Below, piece by piece: positions 56,857 through 64,000 of a DNA stretch of 64,000 nt. The stretch's first letter is position 1, and the number at the start of each line of letters is the position of its first letter. This DNA comes from the human T2T-CHM13v2.0 reference genome, Homo sapiens: NCBI RefSeq assembly GCF_009914755.1, contig NC_060934.1. One strand, given 5' to 3'. Below the pieces are notes generated by a model. That model was not told the origin of the DNA. It made no database searches and saw only the letters and a program-made list of their open reading frames with translations. The position numbers and the translations under genes are program-made.

Positions 56857-57677
56857 AAAGGCAAGGAAACAGATTATCTCCCCGAGCCTCCTGAAGGAAC
56901 ATGCCCCTCAGAACTGTGAGATACTAAATGTGTGCTTTTAGCCAATTAATTGTGCTGTCACAGCAGCAAAAGGAAACTAATACACCCTCTCTGTGTGAAT
57001 TCTGATCTCTCTTTAGGGAAATAATGACGTTCTGGGACTTCTAAAATAATCAGTTGGAAAGGGAGATGGTATGATTCCTTCTCGTTGTTGTCCTCCATGA
57101 AAGAGACCTTAAAACAAAGTGGGTAAAATTTCAACAAGTGTCATTCTCTTTCTCCGCCCCATCGAAATGAAAGGGCTTATTTTACTTGCAGTCTTCAGAT
57201 AATTGCCTCACTTCTCCATTTAATTTTGCACAGGTAGACACAAGCATTCTAGGTAGTTTGCAAAGTCAACATATTTCTTTCCAAATTCCCCCTCCTTCTC
57301 TATAGAGCAACTCCATTAGTAGCATCCTCATCTTCTGATCCAGAACCCTAAAAATCAACAATAACTCCTTCCTCTCTCCCTAAGCCACCTTGTCCAGCTA
57401 TCTAATTCTGCCAATTTTATCTCCAAAAAAAGCTCTTGAATCATCCCCACACCCAGACCCAATGCCACTGCCTTAGCTAAGCAATTTCTCATGTCTTCCC
57501 TGGTTGGTTTTGTAATGATAAGACTCTCTGAGGTCTTATCATCATAGGAGGCAAGAAAGGGAGGTAGGATTTTACTCTCCTAGACAGGATGTAGAAATGT
57601 GGTAGATTAGAAAATCATTACCTGCAGGCCTGGGACCTCTGCACTGTATTTTTTTTAAATAAAAATTAATTCATGTA

Positions 57678-57975
<298 letters not shown>

Positions 57976-57989
57976 TTATCCAAAGTGAA

Positions 57990-58068
57990 TGTAGCCACGT
58001 TCTGCGCACGTATCCCGGAGCCTAAAGTAAAATAATAAGAAAAAATAAACAGAGATGAAAAAAAAAAA
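57990..58068 (+). mobile_element. Micro-insertion of an L1PA 3' terminus
   Basis: About 40 nt of L1 3' end plus A-rich tail between ccaaagtgaa repeats (57980-57989 and 58069-58078). Confidence 0.75.
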
Positions 58069-58887
58069 CCAAAGTGAAGGTAGCGTTTTCTGTAAACTGG
58101 TTAAAAAAAACAGAGAGCTATCATATACTGTCGGTAAGAGGGAGACTCATGATCATTTTCCCCATATGCAGGAACCCAGGAAAAACTGAACAACCCACCT
58201 TCAAAAAGGAAGAAATCTTTGTAAAACTGGGCCACCAGAGGAAAAAAACAACCCCCTCTGTAATAGGATCAATTCAAGGGTCTTCAGCTGAGCGGCCTGC
58301 ATTAGCATAACATCTCTGACCTTTCCGGGTGAGCTTCTTGCGACACCACGTGCTGCTTTTCACCCTCATCTGCCAATCATACCTGCTTCTTCATGCACAG
58401 GTTTCCTTGCCCACAGAGCGTACTTTCCCACAATTTCCCTCTATAATGTTGGCTGGCCGTGACCACACGTGGGCCCTCCTGCTTCTCTTGGCATCTTTTC
58501 ATCTTCACCTCCCACAAACAACAGCCTTATTCTTTCTTATTTCCAGTAAGTATTCCAAAGAAAAACATGTTGACTGGCCCAGCTCACTTTTGCACATCTC
58601 TGGGTCATGAATCTATGTCTGGGTTGTCCTGCAGCCATGCCTAAGCAGTTCTGGAGGAAGTGAGGAGGTGGACTGGACAGGACCAAATGGGGCACAGGGA
58701 CCGCCCATCAGCAGACGCATCTGATGGCCTAGCCGATCCAGAATATTAAGGGAAACTCAAGAACAAAAATGGCGGAGGGCTAAGACTCATTTTAAAAAAT
58801 CTGGATATCATTATAAACTAAAATTTAACCACGGACAGGATATGGCTGCTGGCTTTTTTTTTTTTTCCTTTTAAAAATTCATTTTAG

Positions 58888-59296
<409 letters not shown>

Positions 59297-59365
59297 TCAG
59301 AAGAAAGCTCTGAGACTTAGCAACTAGAAAACTGCAAGTTCTGAGGAATAGTCCAAAGATCCACA

Positions 59366-59686
59366 CATGTGTTGTCCAACAGAAATATAATGAGAGCCGC
59401 AAATGTGAGCCACATGTGTAATTTTAAATTTTCTGGTAGCTATATTTTAAAAAGTAATAAGAAACAAGTGATGATATTTTAGCAATATATTTTATTTAAC
59501 CCAATGTATCCAAAATATTATTTCAATATGTGATCAGTATTTTAAAAGTTAATGAGATCATTTACATTGGCTTTCTCATACTAATGCTTCAAAATGCAGT
59601 ACCCACTTTATATTTATAGCGCCTCTCAAATTGGACTAGCCACATTGCAAGTGCTTCAGAGCCACCGATGGCCCATTGGACAGCAT
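59366..59686. mobile_element. MER33/MER3-like hAT MITE
   Basis: tgttgtccaa ... ttggacagca terminal inverted repeats. Confidence 0.8.
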
Positions 59687-60442
59687 AATATTCATTCACC
59701 CTAAGACAGAAAGCAGGTGGCATGAACAGGGCCAGGGTCAAAGAACTGGGCAGGATTTGCATCTGCTTACTCTGAAGGGTTCCAGGCAGGAGTAATCACA
59801 CTAGGGGCCCCCCAAGCAGGGACACCACCAAATTCTGCTGACATGAAAACCGCTGATACACTCACCTCCCTCTCTGTTCCCAGATCTCTGCCCAGCAGCA
59901 TGAACGAGAGAGAAATAGCAGAGATGAATGAATGAGTCACCATGAGAGAGAGACAAGAAGAGGGCAGAGAGGGAGGAAGATGGGGAAGGAAGAAATAAAG
60001 TGAAGAAGGGAAGGAAAGAAAGGCGTGAGGACAAATAGACAGGGTTGGAAGAGGGGAGAGCCGCAACCACAGGACAAGAGGGCGTCTGGACACCACCAGA
60101 AAGAGCACAGATGCAGGGACCTCTCAGCAAACTTAACAGGGCAAACAGAAGAGAAAACAAGGAAAGGGCCCCATGAATTCAGGGAGGCTGCAGGGTTTTC
60201 TGAGCCCAGAAGTGAACAAAAACCAAGAGTCTGGAAAAAATCAGCAGGGCAGTCTCAAAGACAAATGCCATCCACATCATTTACAAAAGTAGAATGTTTT
60301 GTTTTATATTAACAAATTAATTCAGTTGCTTAGTCTACTTGTGGTCAACTAACTCTGCATTTAAGCTCAGTGCAAATGGCTTAAGCTCCTGGGAATGAGG
60401 CCCCACTTGCAGGCCGGACATAAGGAGGACATAGTTGCAGGG

Positions 60443-60805
60443 TGATATGGTTTGGCTGTGTCGCCACCCAAATCTCATCTTGAATCATAGCTCCCACAAT
60501 TCCCATGTGTTGTGGGAAGGACCCAGTGAAAGGTAATTGAATCATGGGGGAGGGTCTTTCCCATGCTATTCTCGTGATAGTGAATAAGTCTCACGAGATC
60601 TGATGGTTTTATTAAGGGGAGTTTCTTTGCACAAGCTCTCTTCTCTTTTCTGCCGCCATGTGAGACCTGCCTTTCACCTTCCACCTTCCACCATGATTGT
60701 GAGGCCTCCCCTGCCACTTGGAACTGTGAAGTCCGTTAAACCTCTTTCTTTTGAAAATTTCCCAGTCTTAGGTATGTCTTCATCAGTGGTGTGAAAACTA
60801 ATACA
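60443..60805 (+). mobile_element. THE1 (MaLR) solo LTR
   Basis: tgatatggtttggctgtgtc...ctaataca; 5-bp TSD cagg(g/c). Confidence 0.93.
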
Positions 60806-62179
60806 CAGGCCAAGCTTTTAATGAGTGAAAAAGGGAAGCCTGGCCCAAATGAAAACTAAGCTAGTAGTCCACGTGACTATTACTTTTGTTTTCCTATTTC
60901 TCTGATCATTTTCCAGTGAAATATGGGTGCAAGCTTGTCCAAAGGTGTTTTCTTGTCTCAGATAATGCAACAAAAATGTCCTGTGGCAATCAACAACAGA
61001 AGTAACCCATGCTAACCCATTGCTGGTTGCTCAGTAAAGGGGCTGAGATTTCACTGAAAGATCTGGAAAGTGGTTTTCCCTTCAGGATAATGACTCATCA
61101 AACAAGCATGGAGCCTGCTCTTCTACCAATATTGTACAAAAGTGCACGGTACACAATGTGCTCATCAGCAGTAGACATCAGAACAACCAAGTGTCCTTCA
61201 GCATGAGTAATATTAATTAAGTGAAATGAATGAACCTGGCTTCATGGCGATGGATGGAGAAAAGAGCCTTCATTATATGAAAAGGAAACCTGATCCCCTG
61301 CTGCTGCTGCTGCTAGGGGAACTTCATCCAATAAAAATAGGTATCAAAGCTCAAATAAAACAAAACAGAGATGTCATGTTGGAACAGAGTGCCTCTTAAA
61401 AATTAAAGTGAAAAGGTAAAACATAATGTTAAATAGAATTTTATGACATAAGAAGATGTTTCTGATATTTTGTTAAGCGAAAAAGGTTATAAAAACATTT
61501 GTTCGTGATGATATCATTTTTTGTTAATTTTATATAACTGAATGTGTATAGAAAACATTGGCCTGGTGTACCCGAGACTGTTAACAGAGGTGGGATTACA
61601 TACAGTTCTTTTGTATTTTCCTGTGTTTTCCAAATTTTCTACAATAAACATTATTTTAACAAGTCAACTCTTCTGTAAAGCATGAGGGCTTTGTTTTGAA
61701 GATTGCTATCTTACCTTCTCCCATCCTGGCCCCATGTCTCCCCTGATCAGCCTCCATCTGATTCAACAACCATTAAAGATGGTGGCCCTTCCCATAATGG
61801 TATGTCTCTTGCTCCATTAGAGAAAAAAGGAACCAAGAGAAAGTAATGACCAGTCCTCAGGACAAATTTTAGGGTGTGGCTTCTGTTTTGTTTTGTTCAC
61901 ATTTTAAAGAATGCAGCCGGCTGGTAACACCCAAGCTACAGCCCTTGTTCTGGCTCCTTACAAGAGTGAAAGGGCATGAAAAGGTCACCGTTCCCAGAGA
62001 CTGCAGAGACCTGCTGGGCAAAGGTGGATGGGAAATAATCCAGGTCTTTTCCATTTCTGGAACTCCTGGGGGTCAGGGAGTAGAGGAGGATGTGGCTTCT
62101 CAAAACTCACCTCTGTATGGAGAGAGGTCACCACCAAGCTAAGCACACAGAATTTCGACTTCTCTTTCGGTTCCATTTT

Positions 62180-62183
62180 CTTT

Positions 62184-62214
<31 letters not shown>

Positions 62215-62491
62215 GACATAGAGTCTAGCTCTGTCGCCCAGGTTGGAGTGCAGTGGCATGATCTCAGCTCACCACAACCCTCCATCTCCCAGGTTCAAGT
62301 GATTCTCCTGCCTCAGCCTCCCGAGTAGCTGGGATTACAGGCATGCCACCACACCTGGCTAATTTTTGTATTTTTAGTAGAGACGGGGTTTCGCCATGTT
62401 GGCCAGGCTGGTCTCGAACTCCTGACCTCAGTTGATCCACCTCGCCTCAGCCTCCCAAAGTGTTGGGATTACAGGCGTGACCCACTGCGCC
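62180..62491 (-). mobile_element. Alu (S-like)
   Basis: Long T tail, full Alu. Confidence 0.95.
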
Positions 62492-62953
62492 CTACCTCTT
62501 TCTGCCCCCTTTTCCTCAGACCCTGTGGCTCATGCATTGCCTTCATAAAATTCTAGTAGTTTATGCAATCGATTTTGCTATTTGGGAAATCCTCATGTCT
62601 GCCTTTAGTAGACTATTTTGACTGAGAACAGGGATTTCAGTTATATTCCTGCTGCTGCTTGAATTCCAGAGAAGCTCACTAAAGTCATCAGAGATGTGTG
62701 CTATTGGGGCTTCCATTCCCAATGAGAAGATTGTTTGGTTTCATTTCCATTTGTACCTCTCTAATTTCCCATCACTTCATAAAACATCAAAGCCAAAAGT
62801 GAGTTTTAAATTTTAAGACTTCAGGTGATACTAAGGCACACTTAAAACTTTAAAAAATGTGTTTTTATGCATAGAAAGCTGTTACAGATGTATTAAATGT
62901 GAAATCAGAGAGAACATACATAACCATCCCTTTTTAAAAAATTTTTATATATA

Positions 62954-62956
<3 letters not shown>

Positions 62957-62999
<43 letters not shown>
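62957..62999. repeat. (CA)n microsatellite
   Basis: Direct reading. Confidence 0.95.
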
Positions 63000-63000
<1 letters not shown>

Positions 63001-63111
63001 TCCCCCCCACCATTAAATATATGCGTTGAAGTCCTAACCCCTAAGATAATGGTATTCGGAAGTGGGACCCTAGGGAGGGGACTAGGTCATGAGGGTGTAT
63101 ACGTGTGTATA

Positions 63112-63683
63112 CAGTTGCCTTTGGTATCCACGAAGGATTTGTTCCAGGACTCCCTGCAGACACCAAAATCTGAGATGCTCCAGTCTGTGATATAAAATGG
63201 TGTAGTATTTGCATATAACCTACACACATCCTCCTGTATTCTTTAAATCAAGCTTGTCCAACCCATGGCCTACATGTCACATGCAGCCCAAGATGGCTTA
63301 GAATGTGGCCCAACACAAATTCATAAACTTTCTTAAAACATTATGAGAATTGTTTGCGACTTTTTTTTTTTTTTTAGTTCATCAGCTATCGTTAGCGTTA
63401 GTGTATTTCATGTGAGGCCCAAGACAATTCTTCTTCTTCCATTGTGGCCCAGGGAAGTCAAAGGATTGGACACCCCTGCTTTAAATCATCTCTAGGCAAT
63501 ATATAGGTAATAAAACGTAAAAGCCACGTAAATAGTTGTTATGCTGTATTGATTGGAGAATAATGACAAGGGAAAAAAAAGCCTGTACATGTTCAGTAGG
63601 AATGTGCTTTTTTTCTGAATATTTTTCATCTTTGGTTGGTTGAATCTACAGATTCAGAACCCACAGATACAGAGGGCCAACTC

Positions 63684-63685
<2 letters not shown>
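63112..63685. mobile_element. MER2 (Tigger-type) element with nested MER30
   Basis: cagttgcc...ggccaactctg ends; TA TSD. Confidence 0.85.
63249..63478. mobile_element. MER30-like hAT MITE
   Basis: caagcttgtccaa / ttggacacccctg terminal repeats; perfect 8-bp TSD ctttaaat. Confidence 0.88.

Positions 63686-63687
<2 letters not shown>

Positions 63688-63728
<41 letters not shown>
63688..63728. repeat. (TG)n microsatellite
   Basis: Direct reading. Confidence 0.95.
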
Positions 63729-63731
<3 letters not shown>

Positions 63732-63874
63732 CATATGTATATGTAATAAGTTTTTATTCTACCTTTATTTATTCCTAACACTCTTCCTCTTTTACATAGA
63801 TGCAAGTACGTACCTATGTATATATACATACATACATACACACATGCACACGTCTGAAAGGATGTTTACCAAAG

Positions 63875-64000
63875 TGCCCTGTGAAGAGGTGCCTTCCACC
63901 ATGATTATAAGTTTCCTGAGGCCTCCCCAGCTGTGCAGAACTATGAGTCAATTAAATCTCTTCCCTTTATAAATTGCCCAGTCTCAGATATTTCTTCATA
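63875..64000 (+). mobile_element. MST/THE1 MaLR LTR 3' part (runs off the window)
   Basis: ccatgattataagtttcctgaggcctccccag...gagtcaattaaa. Confidence 0.85.

Larger units (their letters stand above)
55615..56984 (+). mobile_element. MLT1D-like LTR hosting an ERV1 LTR and an Alu
   Basis: tg...ca ends; 5-bp TSD ccct(t/c); sequence resumes after each insertion. Confidence 0.88.

Overview
Primate (almost certainly human) genomic DNA, mostly Alu, L1, L2, MIR, LTR and DNA-transposon remnants. A ~1.6 kb CpG island (~49.9-51.5 kb) holds the promoter and first coding exon of the LIM-nebulette (LASP2) isoform of NEBL on the minus strand. Exon 2 lies at 49082-49176, and everything to its left is the >49 kb intron 2. 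Inside that intron, also on the minus strand, is a spliced two-exon ORF of 155 aa (23199-23033 joined to 2812-2512) that I recognise from memory as the C10orf113 model. A short divergent plus-strand transcript (NEBL-AS1-like) is supported by splice and poly(A) signals. I found no prokaryote-type system (CRISPR, IS elements, operons). The best leads are: (1) the nested first exon has the same splice phase and almost the same length as the two LIM exons, so it could swap out the LIM domain; (2) it sits in a cluster of RFX X-box and forkhead motifs; (3) a uORF stop codon overlaps the LASP2 start codon (ATGA); (4) there is a tailless 5S rRNA retropseudogene with target-site duplications (TSDs). 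Gene names and repeat subfamilies come from recall, not database searches. Repeat boundaries are approximate unless a TSD is quoted.
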